Positions 52,408 to 61,047 of a DNA stretch of 64,000 bases are shown here, one piece after another (position 1 is the stretch's first letter; each line of letters starts with the position of its first letter). The notes under the pieces were generated by a model that saw only the letters and a list, made by a program, of their open reading frames with translations, ran no database searches and was not told where the DNA came from. The stretch is taken from NCBI GenBank assembly GCA_963755915.1, contig CAVWLP010000002.1:800001-864000 (forward strand), read 5' to 3'. Origin of the DNA: an uncultured Phycisphaerales bacterium (lineage in GTDB: Bacteria > Planctomycetota > Phycisphaerae > Tepidisphaerales > Tepidisphaeraceae). Made by a program: the position numbers and the translations under genes.

Positions 52408-55128
52408 ATGCGGATTCGGCCGGCGATGGTGGCTGCCTCGGCGATCGCGTTGCAGTTGGCGCAGTCGCTTTATGGCGCTACGGATTCGTGGACCGCCGAT
52501 AGCGGGGATTGGGCCACCGCTTCAAACTGGAATAGTGGTGCGGGGCCGGTGCCTGGGGCGGGCGACGCCGCCAAAATCGCCGACTCCGACGACACCGACC
52601 GCGTCATTAATTACGACTACACAGGAAGTGCAATCACGCTGGCTTCTGTGCGCGTCGACAACGACGGCGCCACGGGCATCGATACCCTTACCATGACGGG
52701 GGTCGGAACTCTGCTCCAGGTTTCCGGCAGCGAGTTCATCGGCGATTCCAACTCCACCACCAGTCTTGGGTACGGCGTCATGGTCCAGTCCGTCGGAACC
52801 AACTCGCTGACAACTTCCACCTCGGATCTTTATCTTGGAGATGACGCGGACGACCTTGGTCAGTACAGCCTCAGCGGCTCCGGCATTCTGACCTGCAAGG
52901 GGACGGAATTCATCGGCAACGCCGGCGCCGGTGAAGTCTACCAATCCGGCGGAACCAACAATGGCAATGTGATCTATCTGGGCAACGCCTCCGGCGCGAG
53001 CGGATATTATTCTCTCGGTGGAAGCGGCATGCTCTCCGCCGGCCTCGAATCGGTCGGGACCAACGACGGCGACGGAACATTCTTCCAATCGGGTGGGACC
53101 AACACCCTTAACGACGGCACGTTGTACATCGGAGCCAGCGGCGGAAGCGGCTACTATTCGCTTTCTGCCGGCACGCTGGACTGCACCGGCACATCGGGGA
53201 CCGAATATATCGGAGATGGCGGCCCGGCGACGTTCGTTCAATCGGGCGGCCTGAGCAGTTGTGCCGTCATGACCCTCATCGGCTACTACTCCCTGTCGGC
53301 GGGTACGTTGACGACAACCAATTTTGGAGAAGAAATCGGTTTCAGCGGCGACGGCACATTCGTCCAAGACGGCGGAACCAACAGTTTCACCGGAACCTAC
53401 GGGCTGCAAATGGGGTATTACTCCGACGGTAACGGCACGTACTCGCTTAGCGCCGGCACGATCACCAGCAGCGTGGAGGAAGACATCGGCTACAACGGCA
53501 CCGGTACGTTCCTTCAAACCGGGGGAACCAATACCATCGTCAGCGGAAATCTGGTCCTCGGCTACACTGCCGGGGCCACCGGAATATATTCTCTGGGCGG
53601 AGCTGACAGCACGCTCTCGGTAGCGGGCAGCGCGTATGTCGGCGGTACCTCCAGCGGCGCGGCCGGCGCCGGAACCTATACCCAATCCAACGGCTCAGCC
53701 ACCGTCGGCCAGACGTTTGAGATCTACAGCGCCTCCGCCGACAGCGCAACGCTCTCCGGCGGGTCGCTCACCGTCGGATCGCTGGACGTATACGGTAATC
53801 CCTCCAAGTTCGACTGGACCGGCGGAACGCTTACCCTCACCAACCAGATCCTGGACATCAACAGCCCCACGGATTCCAACGCCTGCTTCGGCAATTCCCT
53901 GACGCTGAATTCCGGCATGACGCTGATGGTGGACGGCACGGAATCGATGGTCGGCGCTACCGCGCTGATCTCTCAAGTCGGCGGCAACAACCAATGCGGA
54001 GCGCTGGAACTGGGCAATACCAGCGATTTCGAGGATTGGCCGATCTACTCTCTGACCAGCGGCACCCTGACCGCCGGGCAGGAGTTGATCGGCTACAACG
54101 CCACCACCAGCGGTGGTGGGTCGTTCAGCCAATCGGGCGGGGCGAATAACCCCACCGCCATCATCATCGATTACAACTCAAACGGGGCGTACAGCCTTAT
54201 CAACGGGAGCGTCAGCGCCGATCAGATTTACATCGGCTTCTTCGGCTCCGGCGGCGTGCTGTTTATGAGCGGTGGATCGCTCACCACGTCCGAAACGGTC
54301 GACAACGGCTCGATCAATCAGACCGGCGGCACCGCCGCTTACGGCGCGGTTTCGGGAACCGGCTCTCTTTCGGTCGGCACGGCGGGATCGTCCAACCCGA
54401 TTGCCTATGCCACCGTGACGTCGATTTCTCAAGGCAGCGTGACCGTCGATAACCGCGGCGATCTGACGGTCCTTCATGACACGGCCAAGACCAACAACGT
54501 CATTGACTCCCTGACCATCAGCGGCAACGGGGTGATGGACATCACCAACAACCACTTCTTCATCGACTACGGTTCCGGTTCCGATCCCGACAGCACGATC
54601 GCCGGCTACATCAAGTCCGGCTACAACGGCGGCAACTGGAACGGGCCGGGAATCATTTCCTCAACCGCGCAGACGCCCACGAACGGTTTCAAATACGGCG
54701 TCGGATGGGCGGACGGCGCGGATGGGATTGTTTCGGGAATTACGTCGGGGGAGATCGAAGTCAAATATACACTGTTGGGGGATGCGAATCTCGACGGCAG
54801 CGTCAACGGAAGTGACTTCAGCATCCTGGCCGCCAATTTTGGCCTTGGGCATACCAACTGGGACCAGGGGGATTTTCTCTTCACCTCCGCCGTCAACGGC
54901 TCCGATTTCTCCGCACTCGCGGCCAACTTCGGCCAGGGAGATTCGGGACCGGGTGTGAGCGTTACGCCTGCGGATATTGCCGCGTTGGACTCTTTCGCTA
55001 TTGCAAACGGATTACCGCTGCCCATGATTGGAGTTGTGCCGGAGCCGGCATCTTTTGGAACGGGTATTGGCCTTCTCATCGGCCTGGCCGCCCGCCGAAA
55101 GCGACGAGCCGAGTGTAGCCGTTTCTGA
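52408..55128 (+). CDS. PEP-CTERM protein with YSLSAG/QSGGTN repeats and a dockerin-like module
   Basis: Signal peptide, repeats, GDANLDG, VPEP..RRKRR. Confidence 0.92.
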   Translation: MRIRPAMVAASAIALQLAQSLYGATDSWTADSGDWATASNWNSGAGPVPGAGDAAKIADSDDTDRVINYDYTGSAITLASVRVDNDGATGIDTLTMTGVGTLLQVSGSEFIGDSNSTTSLGYGVMVQSVGTNSLTTSTSDLYLGDDADDLGQYSLSGSGILTCKGTEFIGNAGAGEVYQSGGTNNGNVIYLGNASGASGYYSLGGSGMLSAGLESVGTNDGDGTFFQSGGTNTLNDGTLYIGASGGSGYYSLSAGTLDCTGTSGTEYIGDGGPATFVQSGGLSSCAVMTLIGYYSLSAGTLTTTNFGEEIGFSGDGTFVQDGGTNSFTGTYGLQMGYYSDGNGTYSLSAGTITSSVEEDIGYNGTGTFLQTGGTNTIVSGNLVLGYTAGATGIYSLGGADSTLSVAGSAYVGGTSSGAAGAGTYTQSNGSATVGQTFEIYSASADSATLSGGSLTVGSLDVYGNPSKFDWTGGTLTLTNQILDINSPTDSNACFGNSLTLNSGMTLMVDGTESMVGATALISQVGGNNQCGALELGNTSDFEDWPIYSLTSGTLTAGQELIGYNATTSGGGSFSQSGGANNPTAIIIDYNSNGAYSLINGSVSADQIYIGFFGSGGVLFMSGGSLTTSETVDNGSINQTGGTAAYGAVSGTGSLSVGTAGSSNPIAYATVTSISQGSVTVDNRGDLTVLHDTAKTNNVIDSLTISGNGVMDITNNHFFIDYGSGSDPDSTIAGYIKSGYNGGNWNGPGIISSTAQTPTNGFKYGVGWADGADGIVSGITSGEIEVKYTLLGDANLDGSVNGSDFSILAANFGLGHTNWDQGDFLFTSAVNGSDFSALAANFGQGDSGPGVSVTPADIAALDSFAIANGLPLPMIGVVPEPASFGTGIGLLIGLAARRKRRAECSRF

Positions 55129-55367
55129 CATTTCTGTTGTATTTGCCGGCATAGGGTACTACCGTACCGAACGTCCATCCTTTCTTGAGGGCTGGGTTTC
55201 GGCATTCCTTTTCTGGCCGAAATATTTGCAAAATGTTAGCGGATAAAAGCGTGCCCACTGTTGGGACGTAGAGGGAGAGGGCATCAGCGTTGTGAATTTT
55301 ATTCAATTGGGTACGCACGGATTTGCTCGGCTGGCAAGCAGACAGCGTCGCAAGCAAAGAGGCCAAC

Positions 55368-58076
55368 ATGACGTCGAAAAAACGAAAATTTCGAGACAGA
55401 ACAATTACGCGGCGAATAGCCTTTCTGTGGTCGGCATCAACATTCGGAATCGCCCAAGTGGCATGGGGCGCTAACACCACCTACGTCGGGCCGAACAACG
55501 GCGATTTTCTCACGCGCGGCTATTGGAGCACGGGAAATGCACCCGCCTCCGGTGATGACGTTTATGTCGGGCCGGACGAGGGCTCCGCTACTTCCATGAA
55601 CGTCAACTTCGATTACACGCCGGCGGATTACAGCAGCGGCGGGTTCAATGATCTGTTTGTTGATTCTCCATCGACCAGCCAGAACATGACCGTCACCGAA
55701 AGTCCTAGTACGGAAGCTGGTGTTGCGCTTGAGACGGCTGAACTGAATCTCGGAGTAAACTCCAACAGCACGGGCACATTCATCCAGGGCGGCACAAACA
55801 TCACTGCGAACACTATTTCCCAGGGCATTAATGTCGGAAGCACCCTGCAATACGCGGACGGACCCACTTTCACGAATTGCTCGGGCGCTTATGAGTTGAT
55901 GGACCCCTCGGGCTCCATTAACGCCGGATATATCGCCATCGGCGCACAAAGCTCCGAGTTCACACAAACCGCCGGTTCGGTCACCGCCGGCTCTCTTCAG
56001 CTCGTCGACACCGATGGTTCCGGGTCTGACGAATACAACATGTCCGGCGGTACCCTGACAACAACTGGCTATATCTCGACTGCTCTGTATTCGCTCATTC
56101 CGGGTCAACAGGGAACTTTTTCCCAAACCGGGGGAAACGTCACCATCGCCTCGCCCTCGAGCCCCAGCTCTTTGGCCATTAACACAAATAGCCAATACAG
56201 CCTTTCAACGACCAGCGGCCCGGCCAGCCTTCAGGTCTATGGAAATCTCATCTGTCAGAGCACTTCCGGCAGCGATGGATTCACCCAGACCGGCGGAAGC
56301 GCCAATATTACCGGCAACGTCGAGCTGCAAAGCGACGGAACGGCGATCAACAACAGTACTTACGCTTACTTTCCAGCTTACCTGTCGTTCGGCGGCACCG
56401 CCGATTTCTCCGTCGGCGGCACACTCTCCCTCGGCACGTACTGCACGTATACTCAAAGCGGTGGCTCGGTCACGGTCGCCGGTACATTCTCAATCAGCGC
56501 TGCCAACTTGATACAAGGCGCCGCCAGCGCGAGCCTGTCGTCCGGATCCCTCAGCGTCGGAATGCTGGACACAAATGGCGCACCATCGAACTTTACCTGG
56601 ACCGGCGGCACGCTGACTCTCACGGGCCAGCCTCTCGACTTCGACTCCCCCGCCAGCGACAGCGATGCAAGCCTCGGTAATTCCCTGACGCTCGGTTCGA
56701 GCCAAGCTCTCACCGTGGAGGCCTACGAATGGCTCAACGGCAGCGGCGCCTCGGTCTCCCAAGCCAGCGGCAGCACGAACATCTGCACGGACCTCTATCT
56801 GGGAAACAGCGATGTCAGCACCTCTTACCAGCTCAATACCGGCGCCACGCTGACCACCACCTACGCCCCCTCCGGTTATCAATACATCGGCTACGAAGGC
56901 GGCGACGGCTCGACAGATACATTCCAGCAGTTCGGCGGCTCTAACAATTCCAACGACCTGTACATCGGATATAGCGACAACGCCATCGGCACATACACCC
57001 AGACCGGAGGAACCAACGGCGTCACGGGAAACCTTTACCTGGGCTATTCCGGCGGGACGCAGGGGACGTATACGCTTAACGGCGGGAACCTCACCGCTGA
57101 GAATGCCTATGTCGGCGGCACCAACGGCAACGAAGCCGGTGGAAAGGGAACGCTAAACATTTCGGGCAGCGGACAAATGACGGTTGACAACACGCTCCTG
57201 GTCTACGGCAACGGCAACGGAAACACGGTCAACATCTCAGGCGGCACACTCGATGTGCTGGGCAGCACGATCAATGAAGCGAGCATTACGCAAACCGCCG
57301 GCGGCAGCCAACTCGGTCCGGTCAGCGGTATTACGGGCACCATCGTCCTGGGCCAATCCTCAGGCAAACCCACGGGCATGTCGGTGCAGTCCATCGTTCA
57401 ATCGAGCGTGACCATCAGCAGCACTGGAACCCTGACGATTCTGACTAACGCGGTATCCACCACCAATACCCTCAACTCCCTGAGCGTCACCGGAAACGGG
57501 ACGCTGAACATTACGAACAATCATCTGTTCATTGATTACGGAAGCGGCTCCGACCCTGTCGCCTCCATCGCCGCCTATATCAAAAGCGGCTACAACGGCG
57601 GAAACTGGAACGGTCCGGGCATTAACTCTTCCGCCGCCGCATCCAACCACGCCTATGGCGTCGGCTGGGCCGACGGAAAAGACGGTGTCGTCTCCGGGCT
57701 CTCCTCCGGCGAGATTGAAATCAAATACACCCTTCTCGGCGACGCCAACCTCGACGGCACCGTCAATGGAAGTGATTTCAGCATCCTCGCGGCCAACTTC
57801 GGCACCGGCCACACCAACTGGGACCAGGGGAATTTCCTTTACGGCAGCTCCGTGAACGGATCCGATTTCTCCGCCCTCGCCGCGAATTTCGGCCAGGGCG
57901 ACAGCGGCGCGGCTGTCGCCGTATCACAATCCGACATGGCCGCGCTGGATGCGTTCGCGGAGGCGAATGGGTTGCCGATGCCGGCGATTGGGGCCGTGCC
58001 GGAGCCGGCGAGCGCCGGGATGGTCATCCTGTCCGGACTTGGCACGCTGGCTCTGCGGCGGCGAAGGCGCGGCTGA
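55368..58076 (+). CDS. PEP-CTERM protein with beta-helix-like repeats and a dockerin-like module
   Basis: Basic signal peptide, QTGG repeats, GDANLDG, VPEP..RRRRRG. Confidence 0.92.
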   Translation: MTSKKRKFRDRTITRRIAFLWSASTFGIAQVAWGANTTYVGPNNGDFLTRGYWSTGNAPASGDDVYVGPDEGSATSMNVNFDYTPADYSSGGFNDLFVDSPSTSQNMTVTESPSTEAGVALETAELNLGVNSNSTGTFIQGGTNITANTISQGINVGSTLQYADGPTFTNCSGAYELMDPSGSINAGYIAIGAQSSEFTQTAGSVTAGSLQLVDTDGSGSDEYNMSGGTLTTTGYISTALYSLIPGQQGTFSQTGGNVTIASPSSPSSLAINTNSQYSLSTTSGPASLQVYGNLICQSTSGSDGFTQTGGSANITGNVELQSDGTAINNSTYAYFPAYLSFGGTADFSVGGTLSLGTYCTYTQSGGSVTVAGTFSISAANLIQGAASASLSSGSLSVGMLDTNGAPSNFTWTGGTLTLTGQPLDFDSPASDSDASLGNSLTLGSSQALTVEAYEWLNGSGASVSQASGSTNICTDLYLGNSDVSTSYQLNTGATLTTTYAPSGYQYIGYEGGDGSTDTFQQFGGSNNSNDLYIGYSDNAIGTYTQTGGTNGVTGNLYLGYSGGTQGTYTLNGGNLTAENAYVGGTNGNEAGGKGTLNISGSGQMTVDNTLLVYGNGNGNTVNISGGTLDVLGSTINEASITQTAGGSQLGPVSGITGTIVLGQSSGKPTGMSVQSIVQSSVTISSTGTLTILTNAVSTTNTLNSLSVTGNGTLNITNNHLFIDYGSGSDPVASIAAYIKSGYNGGNWNGPGINSSAAASNHAYGVGWADGKDGVVSGLSSGEIEIKYTLLGDANLDGTVNGSDFSILAANFGTGHTNWDQGNFLYGSSVNGSDFSALAANFGQGDSGAAVAVSQSDMAALDAFAEANGLPMPAIGAVPEPASAGMVILSGLGTLALRRRRRG

Positions 58077-58086
58077 GCGCAAAGTG

Positions 58087-58203
58087 CCGCCGGACTTCGG
58101 CGAGCTCAGTCGAGCCGTGTCTTCACCGGCGGGGATTTATGGTTCCCATCCAATCTTGCGCAGGTGAGGAGACGGCTCGACTGAGCTCGCCGAAGTCCGG
58201 CGG
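58087..58203. repeat. Inverted repeat with a 24-nt mini-element in each arm
   Basis: GACTTCGGCGAGCTCAGTCGAGCC at 58093-58116 and its exact reverse complement at 58174-58197. Confidence 0.9.
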
Positions 58204-58245
58204 GACTTGACCGGGATTCATGGCATTTGTGAAGCCGGGGATATT

Positions 58246-58557
58246 TCAAATCCCCAGCCCATCGATGAATTGCGAATGATTTGCGCCGCGCGCCTTCTCG
58301 CGCAGGCGCTTTTCAAGGAATTCGCCGCAGGCGTAGAGAAGCCCGCGGATTTGCGGATCGGCCTGAGGCTGGGAGCGCAGGAAATCTTCGGTGGATTCGA
58401 GCACGGCGGCGAGGGCATCGCTGGTGGCGCGGCAGTAGCCCTCATCGTAACCCTGTTCGTGGTAGATATTGACCAGGGTGGGCCAGAGGCCGTCCCCCTC
58501 GATCGACTCGGCCGGCGCGGTGGCGAAATCATGAGGATGTAGATCAATCTGTGACAT
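58246..58557 (-). CDS. Small hypothetical protein
   Basis: MSQIDLHP...YHEQGYDEGYCRA...DGLGI; directly downstream of the XRE gene. Confidence 0.55.
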   Translation of the reverse strand: MSQIDLHPHDFATAPAESIEGDGLWPTLVNIYHEQGYDEGYCRATSDALAAVLESTEDFLRSQPQADPQIRGLLYACGEFLEKRLREKARGANHSQFIDGLGI

Positions 58558-58594
58558 CGTTTTGGTTTTCCCCAGGGGCGAAAAAATTAAAGCT

Positions 58595-59173
58595 CTATCG
58601 CTGGGCGATTTTTTTTGCCTTTGCGGCCTCGGCGGGCGTGGGCTCTCCGGCATCGTCAGGCACGGGGGCCAGCAGATCTCCGAGGATGGCGCCGATTTCG
58701 GTTCCGGTTCCCGGCAGGATGGCGGAGAAAATCGCGGCGGCGATGGGGCTCAGCGCCGTCGCGGCGGATTCCTTGACGGCTTTGGCGCCGATGCGGGCGG
58801 CGCGAACGCGGTCCTTGAGCATTCCCGTCGAGATATATTGCCGCATGGCGGCGACGTCCCGGGGATCGACCGCGCCGCGTTTGGTTTCAGCGTGGCCGGG
58901 CAGGGCCGTCAGGGCGTGGACCTCGGCGACGCCGCACAGGAGCAGAATCGGAGGCAGCCCCAGCGCGGATCCGAGTTCGACGATGGTCGAGAGCCGCGGA
59001 TCGCTGTAGCCGGTTTCGATCTGGGCAATCGTGGCGCGGGAGATTCCCGAGGCCTCGGCGAGTTCCTGCTGGGTGACTCCCGCGGCGACGCGGGCGACGA
59101 CGAGGTTCTTGGCAAGAACCGTTTCGGCCGCCTCGCGGATCGGAGAACTGATTGTTTTATGCACCGGAACCAT
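58595..59173 (-). CDS. XRE-family HTH transcriptional regulator
   Basis: [38 protein letters not shown]. Confidence 0.9.
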   Translation of the reverse strand: MVPVHKTISSPIREAAETVLAKNLVVARVAAGVTQQELAEASGISRATIAQIETGYSDPRLSTIVELGSALGLPPILLLCGVAEVHALTALPGHAETKRGAVDPRDVAAMRQYISTGMLKDRVRAARIGAKAVKESAATALSPIAAAIFSAILPGTGTEIGAILGDLLAPVPDDAGEPTPAEAAKAKKIAQR

Positions 59174-59326
59174 ACAGACCGCGTTTTTCGAAGGATGCTT
59201 TCATCACCATTCTGCAACGATCAGAGTGGACGCGGCGTACAGCGCGATCGGGCGGCGATCTCACCTGGACGCTTCATCCGTGAAGCACGGGAACGAGGAT
59301 TCTTCAGGGGGTTACGCATGATCGCA

Positions 59327-59551
59327 TCAGTTCCAATTGGGATCGAAATGCGCCGGCGACGGTACAGACGCCTCTGCAACCAGCACGGCATTGGTGTACG
59401 CCCACTGATAGATCGCTTGCGCGAACGGGAATGAGTTGGGGAGCACCAGGCAAGCGGGGCAGGAAACGAACGCGGGTTGAGGCGGCGGCAGAGGACGGTT
59501 CTTCGGCGAGCGTCCCAAGAGCAAGTTCCGCATTTGCTGTTTCGTTGTCAT
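59327..59551 (-). CDS. Small hypothetical protein
   Basis: MTTKQQMR...IYQWAY...DPNWN, with a GAGG RBS upstream. Confidence 0.5.
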   Translation of the reverse strand: MTTKQQMRNLLLGRSPKNRPLPPPQPAFVSCPACLVLPNSFPFAQAIYQWAYTNAVLVAEASVPSPAHFDPNWN

Positions 59552-59597
59552 CGAAGTTGCCTCGCTGTCTAATCCTACTAAATCGACCGGAGTTATA

Positions 59598-59629
59598 GAT
59601 ATCATGATAGGATATCGGTAAACAGTCAA
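59598..59629 (-). promoter_or_regulatory. Promoter with overlapping palindrome upstream of the XRE operon
   Basis: Minus strand TTGACT, 17 nt, CATGAT; overlapped by GATATC-N7-GATATC and TATCATGATA. Confidence 0.5.
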
Positions 59630-59725
59630 GTAAAAAGGCACGATTTTTGCAATTCGTCTAACAAACCGGACATTGACGAGCTAATTATACGAAGTCTAAT
59701 CGATTGTACATTAACGAATTATGGC

Positions 59726-59754
59726 TTGAACTTGATGGCTCCGGTGCGGATACT
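59726..59754 (+). promoter_or_regulatory. Candidate sigma70 promoter of the prepilin gene
   Basis: TTGAAC, 17 nt, GATACT. Confidence 0.4.
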
Positions 59755-59790
59755 CCCGCCAAGACATTATTCATATAGGATTAGTAGGCA

Positions 59791-60912
59791 ATGGAAAGAA
59801 ACCGCAAAGCGTTTACCCTCGTGGAACTCCTCGTCGTCATCGGAATCATCGCGGTTCTGGTTGGCATTCTGCTTCCGGCTTTGTCCAAAGCGCGCGAGCA
59901 GGCCAACACGGTCAAATGCGCTTTGAATCTGCGCGGCATCGGCCAGGCATTCCAGCAGTATCTGACGGAGAACCAGGACACGTTTCCGCCATCGAATTTT
60001 TACACAGCGCTACAGGTGAATATCGGGGCGGGGACGCAATCGCCTTTGACGCCTGGGGCCGGATACACACATTGGTCGGCGCTCATCAATGGATCGGCGA
60101 AGTGGGAACCGGCTGAGGATTACCTGACGAACTGCTACCAGACCGGCCAGACTCCGAGCCTCAGCGCTTGGCAACTTGCTCCGTTTCTCAACACGGCGGC
60201 GTGGGGTCAATACCAGTGCCCCAGCCTGGTGGATGGGGGTTTGCCACCCGCCAATACATACGCCGCCAATAACGAACTGGGAATCCAAAACGAGGCGGGT
60301 CCAACTTGGATCGACATTCAGGCGCCGCGATTGGCATACACTGCGAACGAAGCGCTTTGCCCGCGATCGTATTACATTCACGCTCCTTCGGGGTTTGCGC
60401 ATCCCGTTCTTCAACCGTACCATTTTGTGCGTTCGGGCAAGGTGGCGCACAGCGGAAGCACGATTCTGGCGGCGGAGCTTTGGGGATTTCAGTATGACGC
60501 GATCGCCAAATCGCAAATTGACGGCGCCTCGCAGGTGAGCAACACTCGCCGCCCGGTGTCGGGATTCATCGCGCCGGGCACGCTGGGTCCTGACTATCTG
60601 TATACGTCGCTGACGGGAATCTTCCAGCCTGTTTCCCCCACCGTGGACGACATGACGCCGGATCCTGAAACGTCGTTTCAGGCGACGGCGGCGGCTGGTG
60701 GTTTTCCGAACCCGACGACAACGCTGGATTTTATAGGCCGAAATCACGGGAGAAAGTCATACGGCCACGTTGCGGGGAGCATCCGCGGCGGATGGGACCT
60801 GCGAACCACGAATTTTCTCTATGTGGATGGGCATGTTGAAACCAAGCACGTAGCGGAAACGATCTATCCAAACAATCAGTGGGGCGACGAGATGTACTCG
60901 TTGCAGAATTAA
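59791..60912 (+). CDS. Prepilin-type N-terminal cleavage/methylation protein (H-X9-DG-like with an insertion)
   Basis: [33 protein letters not shown]...NFLYVDGHVE. Confidence 0.92.
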   Translation: MERNRKAFTLVELLVVIGIIAVLVGILLPALSKAREQANTVKCALNLRGIGQAFQQYLTENQDTFPPSNFYTALQVNIGAGTQSPLTPGAGYTHWSALINGSAKWEPAEDYLTNCYQTGQTPSLSAWQLAPFLNTAAWGQYQCPSLVDGGLPPANTYAANNELGIQNEAGPTWIDIQAPRLAYTANEALCPRSYYIHAPSGFAHPVLQPYHFVRSGKVAHSGSTILAAELWGFQYDAIAKSQIDGASQVSNTRRPVSGFIAPGTLGPDYLYTSLTGIFQPVSPTVDDMTPDPETSFQATAAAGGFPNPTTTLDFIGRNHGRKSYGHVAGSIRGGWDLRTTNFLYVDGHVETKHVAETIYPNNQWGDEMYSLQN

Positions 60913-61047
60913 CAGTCGCCTGTTCCGGAGGGAAAGAAAATGAGTCACGTCTTTCGCTGTTGCCGCAGGGGATAGCCGTTCTGCGCAGATTAGTTGTATC
61001 TTGAATAAACACAATAACTTGCATCCATATTTACTGGGAAAGAAACC

